64,000 bases of DNA, from positions 15,503-79,502 of the forward strand of contig JACPTQ010000014.1 of NCBI GenBank assembly GCA_016192705.1. The letters are read 5' to 3'. Below the pieces are notes generated by a model that was not told the origin of the DNA, searched no databases, and saw nothing but the letters and a program-made list of their open reading frames with translations. The stretch's first letter is position 1, and each line of letters starts with the position of its first letter. Below are positions 1-10,021 of the stretch, piece after piece. The stretch is from Deltaproteobacteria bacterium. GTDB lineage: Bacteria; Myxococcota; JACPTQ01. The translations under genes were made by a program, and so were the position numbers.

Positions 1-445
1 AAGCGGCACCGACCTCCTTGGCGACATCGCGATCTCGATTCCACGCGCACGACAGCAGGCGCGAGAGCGCGGGCACAGTCTTCTCGACGAGATGACGCAT
101 CTTTTGTGTCACGGGATTTTGCATCTCAAGGGGTACGACCACGCGACGCGAGCGGACCGTTTCGCGATGCAGCGTGAAGAGGCGCGGCTCCTCGCGGCCG
201 TTGGTTTGCCGCCCTTGCCCTGGCCGGGCGATCGACCTACGGCATCCCGAGACGCCGCAAATCCTCGCCGCCGTAATGCTCCGGCCGACGTTCGCGATCC
301 CGCTCGCCGTCGCCACCCGAAATCGCGCGAAGCGTGGCGCTCGCTTCCTTTGTCGCCGGCACCTGATATTTCGGGCGCACGTGATAAACACCCGACAAAA
401 CGCGCAAAAACGCCTTCGCGATCTCGTGCAGGTCGCGGAGCGTGA
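1..445 (+). CDS. ybeY: rRNA maturation endoribonuclease YbeY (5' partial; 3' end uncertain)
   Basis: Frame-2 translation from window start reads ..DLLGDIAISIPRARQQARERGHSLLDEMTHLLCHGILHLKGYDHATRADRFAMQREEARLLAAVGL, matching the conserved YbeY C-terminal zinc-binding region (HGxLHLxGYDH). The ORF runs to TGA at 443-445, about 70 codons past where YbeY proteins normally end. Confidence 0.6.
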   Translation, partial: SGTDLLGDIAISIPRARQQARERGHSLLDEMTHLLCHGILHLKGYDHATRADRFAMQREEARLLAAVGLPPLPWPGDRPTASRDAANPRRRNAPADVRDPARRRHPKSREAWRSLPLSPAPDISGARDKHPTKRAKTPSRSRAGRGA

Positions 446-2870
446 GGTCGCACTCGTCGAGCTGCCCGTCGGTAAATTTCATGTTGATAATTTTTTGCAC
501 GAGACCTTGCAGCCGTGCGGGCGTTGGATCGTCGATGGTGCGTGCTGCGGCCTCGATCGAATCGGCGAGCATGGCGATCCCCGTTTCGCGCGTTTGCGGT
601 TTCGGCCCAGGGTAGCGGTAATCGACTTCTTGGATGCGCTCGCCATCGCCCTTTGCGTCGGCTTGCTCCACGGCCTTGTTGAAAAAGTAGCTGATAAGCG
701 TCGTGCCGTGGTGCTGCTCGATGAAATCGACAATCGGCTCCGCGATGCCGTTCTCTCGCGCCATTTCGGCTCCGTCTTTGACGTGCGCCTTGATGATGAG
801 GCCGCTCATCGAGGGCGTCAGGCGATCGTGCGGATTTTCGCCACGCACCTGGTTTTCGGCGAAGTAGTGCGGGTTTTTGATTTTTCCGAGGTCGTGGTAG
901 TAGCACCCGACGCGACCAAGAAGTGAGCGCGCGCCAATCGCTTCGGCGGCAGCTTCGACGAGGTTGCCGACGACCATGCTGTGGTGATAGGTGCCGGGCG
1001 CTTCGATGATGAGCGTTTTGAGCAGCGGGTGGTTGAGGTTCGCGAGCTCGAGCAACTTGACGTCGGTTGTGTAGCCGAATCCGGCCTCGGCGAGCGGAAC
1101 GACGGCGGCCACGACAAACGACGCGAGAACGCCCGAGAGGAGCCCGGCTCCGAGGGATGCGAGCGCGCCCGCGTTCAAAATGCTTCCACCTTCTGGAAGG
1201 GCATCGGCCATGAGTTCGGGCGGGGCGGATGATGCGAGGAGCGAGAAGGCGACCGTGAGCCCCGCAGCGATGAGCCCCGTGACAAAGCCGGCTCGCAAAA
1301 GGGCCACGCGGTTTTTCGCCTGTGCGGCGAGTGCCGAGCCCGCGAGCGAACCGACGAACACATACGCTGAAAAGAAGAAATTGAATTGAAACAGGAGCCC
1401 AACCGCGAACGCAATGAGAACCGAAAAGACGAGCGCGAGACGGGCGGTCGTCAGAAGGCGAACGACCATGGCGCCCGCGGGCACCGGGATCATGTAGTAG
1501 AAGGCGACGAGCGGAACTTCGTGGTAGCGCTGCCAAAAGATGTCGGAGACGCCGAGCGCGAAGCGGGTTGCGGCGAGGACGAGGAGCACCATGGCGACGA
1601 GGAGCATGATGTCGCGTGGTTCAACGGCGGCGCGGAGAAATTGTGCGCGATGCGAGCCGACAACGGCGAGCACAAGGAGCGCGAGCAGGACGAAGTTGCC
1701 GAGGTGTGCGGCGAAGTCGGACGAGGCGATCTCCTCTTGGTGGAGCCGCTGCAAGAGGTCGACGTTTTCGGCGGTGACGGTTTCGCCGACGCGAAGGATG
1801 ATTTGGCCGCGCGTGACGCGGACGATGGGCGGCGTGCCGTCGATTTCGCGAAGGGCGCGGATTTGGCGGTCGCGCGTGAGGAGCTCTGAGAAGGTCAAGT
1901 TGGGCGTGATGAGGCCGTGCGCAATCGAAACGAGCGCCGCGCGGGCGGCTGGGTCGAGGTCGGTAAGGATTTTCGTTGCCTCGGATTGGATGCGCGAACG
2001 AACTTGAAGAGTGTCGACGACGGCGCCGAATGTGGCGGTGGCCTTATCGAGAGCCATCGCCGCGGCTCCGCCCTTTTGGACAAGAACATTTCGACTCTCG
2101 CGAAAGAGCCGCACGGGGTCATCGGGTATCAGGAACTTAAACGCAAACCCCACGAGGCGAATGAGCCGATTTTCTGTGTCGATTCCAAATCGCAACCGCA
2201 CGAGCGATTCGTATTCATCGTCTTCGAGCCGCAACGTTCTTTGGACGCCCGTTCGTGCTTCGGCGAGATCCTCCGCATACTTTGTCCGAAGGGCCCGCAC
2301 GGAAGGCACGTCCGCGAACGCGCCGTCGGGACCACCGACCGCACGGCGGGCTGCGTGCTCGACCAAATCGGCCTCGCGCTCTGGAACGGCCGCCGCGCGT
2401 GGTGGCGGTGGTGGGACGCTTCCGACCGCAACCTCAGTTTTGGGTCGCGCCCCGGCCGCCCGCGCCGCATTTTTCAGCCGCTCAATCTCAGCGTCGATTC
2501 GCCGCTTCCCCGCATCGAGGACGCGCCGCATTTTCGAAAACGCCTCACGGACGACCGCCTCGCGTCCTTGGCCGACGTCCGCGTCAAAGACGTAGACGAG
2601 CGCCGCGTTGCGTTCGGCCGCGCGTTTTCGTCGTTCGAGCGTCGCGACATCCTTCAAATGAACCGTGCGCGGGGCGACGACGGCTCGGCGTGCGGGTTTG
2701 CCGATTTCGGCGGGTCCGATTTCAACGCCTTCGATCGACGGGTTTCGCGTGGCCAGCAGCGTGGCGACAACCGTTGCGAGGAGGAGCCCGAACCACAGCC
2801 CAAGCCCCGTTGAAAGGTGGCGAGCGAGGCGGGAAATATAATGACGTAGTTTCCGACCGGTGGCGCTCAT
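237..2870 (-). CDS. 7TM receptor with intracellular HD hydrolase domain (7TMR-HD / PgpH-like HD phosphohydrolase)
   Basis: Long minus ORF with N-terminal TM segment, a block of hydrophobic helices, and an HD motif (HHSMVVGNL..YHDLGKIKNPHYF). Internal ATG at 2870-2868 overlaps the phoH stop (ATGA), consistent with the common phoH/7TM-HD arrangement. The ORF-track N-terminal 55 aa are Arg-rich and probably not translated. Confidence 0.8.
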   Translation of the reverse strand: MSATGRKLRHYISRLARHLSTGLGLWFGLLLATVVATLLATRNPSIEGVEIGPAEIGKPARRAVVAPRTVHLKDVATLERRKRAAERNAALVYVFDADVGQGREAVVREAFSKMRRVLDAGKRRIDAEIERLKNAARAAGARPKTEVAVGSVPPPPPRAAAVPEREADLVEHAARRAVGGPDGAFADVPSVRALRTKYAEDLAEARTGVQRTLRLEDDEYESLVRLRFGIDTENRLIRLVGFAFKFLIPDDPVRLFRESRNVLVQKGGAAAMALDKATATFGAVVDTLQVRSRIQSEATKILTDLDPAARAALVSIAHGLITPNLTFSELLTRDRQIRALREIDGTPPIVRVTRGQIILRVGETVTAENVDLLQRLHQEEIASSDFAAHLGNFVLLALLVLAVVGSHRAQFLRAAVEPRDIMLLVAMVLLVLAATRFALGVSDIFWQRYHEVPLVAFYYMIPVPAGAMVVRLLTTARLALVFSVLIAFAVGLLFQFNFFFSAYVFVGSLAGSALAAQAKNRVALLRAGFVTGLIAAGLTVAFSLLASSAPPELMADALPEGGSILNAGALASLGAGLLSGVLASFVVAAVVPLAEAGFGYTTDVKLLELANLNHPLLKTLIIEAPGTYHHSMVVGNLVEAAAEAIGARSLLGRVGCYYHDLGKIKNPHYFAENQVRGENPHDRLTPSMSGLIIKAHVKDGAEMARENGIAEPIVDFIEQHHGTTLISYFFNKAVEQADAKGDGERIQEVDYRYPGPKPQTRETGIAMLADSIEAAARTIDDPTPARLQGLVQKIINMKFTDGQLDECDLTLRDLHEIAKAFLRVLSGVYHVRPKYQVPATKEASATLRAISGGDGERDRERRPEHYGGEDLRRLGMP

Positions 2871-3877
2871 CTGTTTGTTCCTTTGCCGCCGCCGTTTCCC
2901 TCCGCCTGCTCGTACGCGTCGATCACGCGGGCCACAAGCGGATGGCGAACGACGTCGGAGCTGTCGAATTGGCAAATCGCGACGCCTTCGACCGCGCGCA
3001 GGATTTCGACGGCGTGGACGAGACCCGATTCGCATCCGTTCGGGAGGTCGATTTGCGTTGTGTCACCCGTGACGACGACCCTTGACGAGTGGCCGAGACG
3101 CGTCAAGAACATCTTCATCTGCGCGACCGATGTGTTTTGCGCTTCATCGAGGATGACGAATGCGTCGCTGAGCGTTCGGCCGCGCATGAAAGCGAGCGGT
3201 GCGATTTCGATCGTGCCGCGCTCGACGAGGCGCACGACGGCATCTGGCTCCATGAGGTCGTAGAGCGCGTCGTAAAGTGGACGGAGGTAGGGGTTTATTT
3301 TTTCAGCGAGGTCGCCCGGGAGGTAGCCGAGCTTTTCGCCCGCTTCGACCGCGGGGCGCGTGAGGATGAGGCGCTTCACGTCGCGTCGCGTGAGGGCGGC
3401 GACCGCCATGCCAACGGCGAGGTAAGTTTTTCCGGTGCCGGCCGGGCCAACGCCGAAAACGATGTCGTGTTCGCGAATCGCTTCGACGTACCGTTTTTGG
3501 CTGAGTCCGCGCGGGCTGACGACGCGATTGCCGGAGGCGACGACGACTTTGTCGAGAAAAATGTCTGAGAGAACCGCGGACCGGTCGGCGGAAAGTTCGG
3601 TGATCGCGCGATCGACGTCGGCCGGGAAGAGGGCGTAACCGCGTTGGACAAGTCCGTAAAGCTGCCGGAGCACCGCTTCGGCGGTTTCGAGCGCGGGCGC
3701 GGCGCCACCGAGAGTGACCTGATTTCCACGCACGTTCACGGCGACACCCAGCCTTGCTTCGATCGATTTGAGGTGGTCGCCCTGCTGGCCGAGGACGGCG
3801 CGCAAATGGCTGTTGTCGTCAAACGTGAGTCGCACGCGCGCGTCGGACCTGTCGCTTGAAGCCCCATCACGTCCCAT
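2867..3877 (-). CDS. phoH: PhoH-like ATPase (PhoH/YbeZ family)
   Basis: Walker A GVGPAGTGKTYLAV, Walker B-like FVILDEAQN, overall PhoH-like layout. Confidence 0.85.
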   Translation of the reverse strand: MGRDGASSDRSDARVRLTFDDNSHLRAVLGQQGDHLKSIEARLGVAVNVRGNQVTLGGAAPALETAEAVLRQLYGLVQRGYALFPADVDRAITELSADRSAVLSDIFLDKVVVASGNRVVSPRGLSQKRYVEAIREHDIVFGVGPAGTGKTYLAVGMAVAALTRRDVKRLILTRPAVEAGEKLGYLPGDLAEKINPYLRPLYDALYDLMEPDAVVRLVERGTIEIAPLAFMRGRTLSDAFVILDEAQNTSVAQMKMFLTRLGHSSRVVVTGDTTQIDLPNGCESGLVHAVEILRAVEGVAICQFDSSDVVRHPLVARVIDAYEQAEGNGGGKGTNR

Positions 3878-4026
3878 TCAGCGGCCTAAGTATAGGCTTG
3901 GGTCAGCCGCGAGTCACGAGGACGGGTGGGTGTCGTGCCTACATGGACGCGCGAAGCACTTGCGTTTTGAAGGTGACGTGCGCGACGGGGATTCGCTCGT
4001 GGGCGCGAAGGCGTGGTGCTGTAGAG

Positions 4027-6144
4027 TTACATCTCTGCTGATGCGGGAGTCGTGTGACCCTTCGCGCGTGCGAAGAGCGCTCGGCCGCCCGCGGCGATCG
4101 TGCGACGGAAAAGGACGAGAACGACGGCCGCGAGGAAACCCAAGACAGCGCTGAGAATCACGAGGGCGCCCGACGATACGAGGAGAACGCGCACCGCGCG
4201 GGGTGGGTCGCTCGCCATCATCTCACGTTGAAAGTGGGTCTGGCGATTTCCGTGGGGTAAGTCGATTTTTGCCGGAAGCCCTTGGTAAGACGCGCCGTCG
4301 GCGGCGGTTGTCGTGGTGACGTCGCCGGCGGCGATTTCGGTTTTGGTGCGCTCACCCGTGAGCTTGCCGGCCGATTTTTGCCAGACGTTGCCGGACGACG
4401 TGGAGGGTGCCATGTACTTTGCGTCGCGGCTTTTACAGCCGTCGCCAAACCCGAAGACTCCGACGTTGCCAACGACGAGCGCCGCGACGACGAGACCTGC
4501 GACCGTCGCGATTCGAAGATTGAGCGTCTTCAGCCCGCGAATCCAGCCGACGAGCCAGACGATTGAAACAAGCGCGTTCGCGGCGACGATCGCTTCGAGG
4601 CCGAGAGTTGACGTCGCGGCGAGCCCGACGACCAGCGAGATGAAAACGCGTCGCCGAAGCGCGAACCCAAGCGCCGCGAGGTCTCGCTCGGTCCAGATTA
4701 AGAGAAGGATGAAAAGGAGACTCGCGGCCATCGATGGAACCCAGACTTTCGTTTCGTTGTCGAACTCTTCGTAAAGCGGCGTCCAGCCTCTTGGGTAGCG
4801 CATTTCGACGCTGCCGCTTGTCGCGGGAACGGTCACCTGCGGGAGAAAAACCGTGCCCGATGCGAAGACGGCGTTGATGCCGAATTTTTGTCGATGCTGG
4901 GTGAGCAGGTCTTGGCGGCCTTGCGATATCGGAAGCCAGAGGTTGCCGTCTTTGTTTTTCGTCAAGAGGACGGGGGCCGACTGGATGCTCGCGTAGGTCG
5001 GCTCGGACTTCATGGGGAGCGTGATGTCGGGCGCGCCCTGGTTGTCGATTGAGAGGAGCGTCTCGCCGAGCGCGGTGCCGCCGGTTGTGAGGAAGAAGAT
5101 GTGCCGAATCGCGCTGACCGCGAAGCTCGTCGTGCGGAGAGCTTGGAGGCGTGTGATCTTCCAGGCGAGCGATTCGCCGGGCGCGAGGAGGAAGGCTTGT
5201 GCGCCGCGGAATTGCGACGAAAGGCCAACTTCGCTTTGCGCGACGCGTTTCGATGCGCCGGTGATTTCGGGGCGAAGCAGCGGGTGACTCTCGATGAGGG
5301 CGTACGAAATGCTTGCGGCGACGGGCGGCGCGAACGACGGCTTCACGAGCGTCCCTTGGATGACGATCGACGACTCGCCGGGCGGCAGGTCGAAGCGGTA
5401 TCGGCCTTTGTCGACGTCGTACGTTGCGCGTGCGTCGACTTGTTGCACGGTTTCGCCGCTTGCGAGCGTGACGTCGAACGGTTGGTGCGCGCGGTTTGGG
5501 TTTCGCACGTCGAGTTGATAGCGAAAGCGCGTCTCTTCGGGGTGGAGCGAGAGACGGTAACGCGCGGTGGCGCTCGGTTTTACCGTTTCGGTCGCGGTCC
5601 CCGTTTGGCGAACAACGGAGAAGGAGCGCTCGCCGCTCGATTCGTCGGTCGCAACGAATTCGCCGTCGGTGACCGCCGACTCAACCCATAAGACGGCGGT
5701 GCTCGCGGTCATTTGTACGCGGTCGCTCCCGCTCGTTGCGACGCGGCATCGTGCGGAGAAGCGCGACGCGAGCGGTGACACGTCGAAGCGGCCGCCGTCT
5801 GAGCGCGAGACGATGGCGTCGCCTTCGCACGCGTAGAGGCGAACGCCTTGGGAGCCCGTGAGGAGAACGGCGGTCGGGAGTTTACCGGTTGCGCGTCCCG
5901 AAAATTGAATCGCGAGATCCTTCGCGCGAAACGACCCTTGAAGGCGCATGAGGTCAATGACGGTGAGCGATGGGCGCTCGTCGCCTTTGCGGAGGCGGTC
6001 AAAGTCGGCGAGGTCGAGCGTCACTTTTCCGGCGGCTGAGGAAGTGGCTGCGGTTTCGGGCATTGGTGGTTTCGGAACCGCGGCGTTCGCGTTTGAGAAT
6101 GACAGCGAGATGAGCATGGCTATGAACAAAGTCGGAGATGTCAT
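4027..6144 (-). CDS. hypothetical secreted/membrane protein (signal peptide, C-terminal TM helices)
   Basis: Internal start MTSPTLFIAMLISLSFSNANAAVP is signal-peptide-like; C-terminal third has several hydrophobic helices. No family recognised. The upstream 123 codons of the track ORF look like run-in. Confidence 0.5.
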   Translation of the reverse strand: MTSPTLFIAMLISLSFSNANAAVPKPPMPETAATSSAAGKVTLDLADFDRLRKGDERPSLTVIDLMRLQGSFRAKDLAIQFSGRATGKLPTAVLLTGSQGVRLYACEGDAIVSRSDGGRFDVSPLASRFSARCRVATSGSDRVQMTASTAVLWVESAVTDGEFVATDESSGERSFSVVRQTGTATETVKPSATARYRLSLHPEETRFRYQLDVRNPNRAHQPFDVTLASGETVQQVDARATYDVDKGRYRFDLPPGESSIVIQGTLVKPSFAPPVAASISYALIESHPLLRPEITGASKRVAQSEVGLSSQFRGAQAFLLAPGESLAWKITRLQALRTTSFAVSAIRHIFFLTTGGTALGETLLSIDNQGAPDITLPMKSEPTYASIQSAPVLLTKNKDGNLWLPISQGRQDLLTQHRQKFGINAVFASGTVFLPQVTVPATSGSVEMRYPRGWTPLYEEFDNETKVWVPSMAASLLFILLLIWTERDLAALGFALRRRVFISLVVGLAATSTLGLEAIVAANALVSIVWLVGWIRGLKTLNLRIATVAGLVVAALVVGNVGVFGFGDGCKSRDAKYMAPSTSSGNVWQKSAGKLTGERTKTEIAAGDVTTTTAADGASYQGLPAKIDLPHGNRQTHFQREMMASDPPRAVRVLLVSSGALVILSAVLGFLAAVVLVLFRRTIAAGGRALFARAKGHTTPASAEM

Positions 6145-6211
6145 AAGGCCCCCTTTCGACCAAGCAACCGATGGGTGGGCTGAGTTTAGTCCCAGCGAGA
6201 GCGTCGCGCGA

Positions 6212-6892
6212 TTAGAAATGATACCGAAGCGCGAAGGCGGGTTGCCAGGAGAGGAGAGACGAACCGATTCTGTCTTTGAGGTCCTTGGAGAGCGGGATGA
6301 GAAGGCCGACGCCAAGCGGCGTGAACGACATGTCCACGCGGTCTTGGAGCGAGAAGCCGCAACCGAATGCGGCGCGGCCCGCAAACGAATGCATGGCTCC
6401 GAGCGGCCCGTCATACTCCCAGGACTTTGACGTGCCCCAGCCGATCTGGTAGCCGGCGCCGGCTTCCGCGAACACAAAGAACGAGGTGCGCGCGGGTCGA
6501 AGAGTGAATTCAACGGTTGGGATGATGTCGACGGTGTGCAAGTCGGTCGTCACGTCGGGTTTGGTCGTGCCGCATGTACCTCCATTGCCTGAGAGATCAG
6601 GAATGCAACTGTCTATTGAAGTGGAATTCGAGCGGACTTTAATTTGGGAGTAGTTCAAATCGAGGCGTACGGCGACGCCTGAGCGTGTCGGCAAAAGGGA
6701 GAATCCCGCGGAGAGGCTCGCGCCGAGGGACGGCGGGACGTCTGGAGTTCCATAGTTGACGCTGTCTCCCGGCGCCCAAACGGTGGTCGTCATTTTGGTG
6801 CCCAAGAAGGGTCCGCGTTCCGCGAATGATGTACGCGCGGCGGTCATCGACGCGATGAAGACGGCGAGCAGCAAGTATCTCGTTCGAACCAT
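6212..6892 (-). CDS. small outer-membrane beta-barrel-like protein
   Basis: Signal peptide (MVRTRYLLLAVFIASMTAARTSFA), alternating amphipathic strands, C-terminal ..ALRYHF ending in Phe as in many OM barrels. Confidence 0.45.
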   Translation of the reverse strand: MVRTRYLLLAVFIASMTAARTSFAERGPFLGTKMTTTVWAPGDSVNYGTPDVPPSLGASLSAGFSLLPTRSGVAVRLDLNYSQIKVRSNSTSIDSCIPDLSGNGGTCGTTKPDVTTDLHTVDIIPTVEFTLRPARTSFFVFAEAGAGYQIGWGTSKSWEYDGPLGAMHSFAGRAAFGCGFSLQDRVDMSFTPLGVGLLIPLSKDLKDRIGSSLLSWQPAFALRYHF

Positions 6893-7109
6893 GAGGCACC
6901 TCACTCGTTGCCAGTATGAGACCCTGTCGCATCAGTCGCAATACCCGCGCCAATTCCCCGATGCGGAGTCTGCGCGAAATGCTTTCGTTTCTGACGCGTT
7001 CGCGGCCGCGAGTGGGCGACGCGACATGTCGCGTGACGTCGCCGTGCGACACGAATGCGACGAAGGGGCTGCCTTGACGCAATCGGCGCCGCACGAAAGA
7101 GTCGCCTCG

Positions 7110-8840
7110 ATGTTGAAACGGGTGGATGCTCGAACCCTTCTGTTGTTGCTCGCGGGTGCCCTCGCGTGCGCGGCGACTCCGGTAGCGCGTCCGCCGGAAG
7201 TGCGCGTCGGAGCGGGCGGGCAACTTCTGGGTCGGCACGCGGTCGTTGCAGCCGACAATGTGGATGCGGCGCGGATTGGGGCGGAAATCCTTGCAGCGGG
7301 CGGAAATGTTGTGGACGCGGCGGTCGCGACGGCGTTCGCGCTTGGGGTTGCGCAGCCTGAGTCGAGCGGAATTGGCGGCGGCGGTTTTCTCGTTTACTTC
7401 CGCAGCGGCGCGAGCCGAGCCGACGTCGTCGATTTTCGCGAGGTGGCGCCCGCACGCGCGCATCGAGACATGTATATGCGAAACGGGAAAGCCGTCGCAG
7501 GCGCATCGGTCGATGGCCCGCTCGCGGTTGGTGTACCGGGCGAAGTTGCGGGGCTCGTTCGCGCACATGCGCGGTTCGGGAAACTGCCGTGGGACAGCGT
7601 TGTGTTGCCCGCAGCACAACTGGCGTCACGTGGGTTTCGCGTGAGCGCGTCGCTCGCCGCTGCGCTCGCGCGGTTTGCCGATCGCGAGTTTCAGTCGAAG
7701 TGGCCGGCGTTTCGTCGCGAGTTTTTTCGCGCCGATGGTTCCGCGTATCGGGCCGGCGATTTCATGCGTCGCGTCGATCTCGGGCGAACGCTTGAACGGA
7801 TCGCGAAGGGTGGGCGCGACGCGTTTTATCGCGGCGAAACCGCGCGCGACATTACTGGAGCCGCCGGTGTGACATCGGGCGGCATTCTAACCGACGCCGA
7901 TTTGATCGCGTACGAACCGAAAGAGCGCGAGGCGATTCGCGGAAGTTACCGCGGGCGCACGGTTTTCACGATGCCACCCCCGTCGTCGGGGGGCGTCGTG
8001 CTCCTTGAGGCGCTCGCCCTCCTTGAGGTGTTCGACTTACCGGCGCTGTTTAGAGCGAACGCGTACCACCACGTGGTCACGCAGGCGCTCATTTTTGGTT
8101 TCGCCGATCGCGCGAATTTGCTTGGCGACGCCGACAGCTCGGATGTTCCGTGGCGCCGGCTCCTCACGGCGGGACACCGCGACAAGCTGCGCGCGGCGTT
8201 TGACCCAACGCGCGCAACTCCGCACCCTGACTGGCCGCGCCCAACGATCAAGCCGCGCGACGACAGCGGCACGAGCCACCTCTCGGTCATGGACGCCGAA
8301 GGGAACGCGGTCGCCCTGACGACGACGATCAACACGACGTTTGGCTCGAAAGTGGTTGTGCCGGGAACCGGCATTTTACTCAACAACCAGATGGACGACT
8401 TTTCGATCCAGCCCGGTGTGCCGAACGCGTATGGTCTCGTCGGAGGCGAAGCGAATGCGGTCAAGGCGGGGCGACGGCCTCTCTCCAGCATGAGCCCGAC
8501 GATTGTCGTTGAGAATGGGCGTGCCGTGATGGCGCTCGGCGGCGCGGGCGGGCCGCGCATTATTTCGGCGACGCTGCAAACTTTATTGAACGCGATCGAT
8601 TTGCGATGGCCGGTCGCGCGCGCGGTTGCGGCGCCGCGGCTCCATCATCAGTGGGTGCCAGACCGCGTAGGATTTGAAGCGGGGGTTGGCGATGACGTCG
8701 TTCGCGCGCTTACATCCCGCGGCCATCGAGCCGAGCGCGAGGATTTCTTCGGCATCGTTCAGATTGCAGCGCGCCGCGCGGACGGGCGGCTCGAAGCGGT
8801 TAGCGATCCGCGCAAGGGCGGCGAGCCCGCGGGTTTCTAA
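7110..8840 (+). CDS. ggt: gamma-glutamyltranspeptidase
   Basis: Signal peptide MLKRVDARTLLLLLAGALACAA; conserved autoprocessing/catalytic Thr region (..DDSGTSHLSVMDAEGNAVALTTTIN) and GGT-like N-terminal region (PESSGIGGGGFLVY). Confidence 0.85.
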   Translation: MLKRVDARTLLLLLAGALACAATPVARPPEVRVGAGGQLLGRHAVVAADNVDAARIGAEILAAGGNVVDAAVATAFALGVAQPESSGIGGGGFLVYFRSGASRADVVDFREVAPARAHRDMYMRNGKAVAGASVDGPLAVGVPGEVAGLVRAHARFGKLPWDSVVLPAAQLASRGFRVSASLAAALARFADREFQSKWPAFRREFFRADGSAYRAGDFMRRVDLGRTLERIAKGGRDAFYRGETARDITGAAGVTSGGILTDADLIAYEPKEREAIRGSYRGRTVFTMPPPSSGGVVLLEALALLEVFDLPALFRANAYHHVVTQALIFGFADRANLLGDADSSDVPWRRLLTAGHRDKLRAAFDPTRATPHPDWPRPTIKPRDDSGTSHLSVMDAEGNAVALTTTINTTFGSKVVVPGTGILLNNQMDDFSIQPGVPNAYGLVGGEANAVKAGRRPLSSMSPTIVVENGRAVMALGGAGGPRIISATLQTLLNAIDLRWPVARAVAAPRLHHQWVPDRVGFEAGVGDDVVRALTSRGHRAEREDFFGIVQIAARRADGRLEAVSDPRKGGEPAGF

Positions 8841-8882
8841 GTCGACTTCTCGGGTTTGTTCGTTGTGGGCCGATGATGGAAC

Positions 8883-9977
8883 TCAGAGCCCCCGCGTCAT
8901 GATGAGATCGCGCAAGCTCGGCGTTTTCGCGTAGGGCGAGTCCAAACAGTCGATGAGGACCGGTTCGTTGGCGCTCACGGCTTTGACGAGGACATCGCCG
9001 CTCATGAGTTCGCGGCACGAAATCTGTCCCTTTTGAAGAGGAACCGCGAGGTAGACGTCGCGTTCCGTGAGGATGTGACCCACGGGAAGGTCGCGCGCGG
9101 CGTAGACCCCTCGAACAAGCGCGTCGAGGTACTTTGTCTCGCGATCCGTAGGAATTCGTTTTTGGTTGCCGGGCGGGCCACACATTTCCTTGACCTTCTT
9201 GAACGACCGGAACCAAACGTCGCACTGCTCAGGGTCGGTGCAGTAAGGCGAAAACGGCTTGTCCTCGGTCCGAATATCAATATGTCGCTCAAACGTTCGC
9301 GCACCCTTGGCGTACGCAATCACGATCGACGACGTCCAGTCCTTGTATTCATGCGTTGACAGGCCAATCGTGAGGTTCGGGTATCGGCCGCGCAGAAAAT
9401 CGATTTGGTTGAGCTCGAGCTCACTGTCTTCAGTCGGGTAAAGTGCGACGCAGTGGTTGAGCGCGAGCGGGATGTTCCGGTTCTCGCAGAACTTGACCAG
9501 ATCGTCGACGTCTTTGACGGACGACCCCCCGGTTGACGCGATGATGGGTTTCCGCGTCCGACCCATCTTTTCGATGAGGACCCAGTCGTTAATATCGGAG
9601 CTCGCGAGCTTCAGGATCTCAACCCCAATTTCGAGGCACGTATCGACCGATTCTTCGTCGAACGCCGTCGCCATCCGAATGCATCCGCTTCGGCGAATGG
9701 CCTCGGCCATCTCGGCGAGATGCTCCCTGGACATTCGCGTTTCCACCGTCTTTTTGATGTATCGAATGTCGTCTCGCCCGCGGAAGCTCTTGTGAACGAA
9801 CGAATCGACATCGCGGACTTGGAGTTTGATCGCCGCCCGAACGTTGTTGTATCGGACGACCTTGCTAAATTCCTGGATTATCCTGAGTCCGCGTTCGAGG
9901 CTTCCCCAGTGGTTATTGGCAAGCTCAAGTACGAAAAGCTCGTCGAAAACAGATTGGTTTACCATGGCGGACGGCAT
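8883..9977 (-). CDS. NeuB-family nonulosonic acid synthase (N-acetylneuraminate / pseudaminic / legionaminic acid synthase-like)
   Basis: N-terminal TIM-barrel motifs (FVLELANNHWGSLE.., TGGSS, ALNHCVALYPTEDSELELNQIDFL, GLSTHE, FERHIDI) and C-terminal SAF-like domain. Hand-sampled GC is about 53-57%, well below neighbours. Confidence 0.8.
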   Translation of the reverse strand: MPSAMVNQSVFDELFVLELANNHWGSLERGLRIIQEFSKVVRYNNVRAAIKLQVRDVDSFVHKSFRGRDDIRYIKKTVETRMSREHLAEMAEAIRRSGCIRMATAFDEESVDTCLEIGVEILKLASSDINDWVLIEKMGRTRKPIIASTGGSSVKDVDDLVKFCENRNIPLALNHCVALYPTEDSELELNQIDFLRGRYPNLTIGLSTHEYKDWTSSIVIAYAKGARTFERHIDIRTEDKPFSPYCTDPEQCDVWFRSFKKVKEMCGPPGNQKRIPTDRETKYLDALVRGVYAARDLPVGHILTERDVYLAVPLQKGQISCRELMSGDVLVKAVSANEPVLIDCLDSPYAKTPSLRDLIMTRGL

Positions 9978-10021
9978 TTTGAGTTGAGGGGTGGAGAATT
10001 GTCAAGTTGACGGTTTCTCCA

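Noticed and set aside
109-1536. 475-codon Arg-rich minus-strand ORF and several other long Arg/Pro-rich ORFs (e.g. 6639-7619, 22794-24659, 35864-37084)
   Set aside because: They overlap well-supported genes in another frame or strand and have the Arg/Ala/Pro-rich composition typical of off-frame translation of high-GC DNA.
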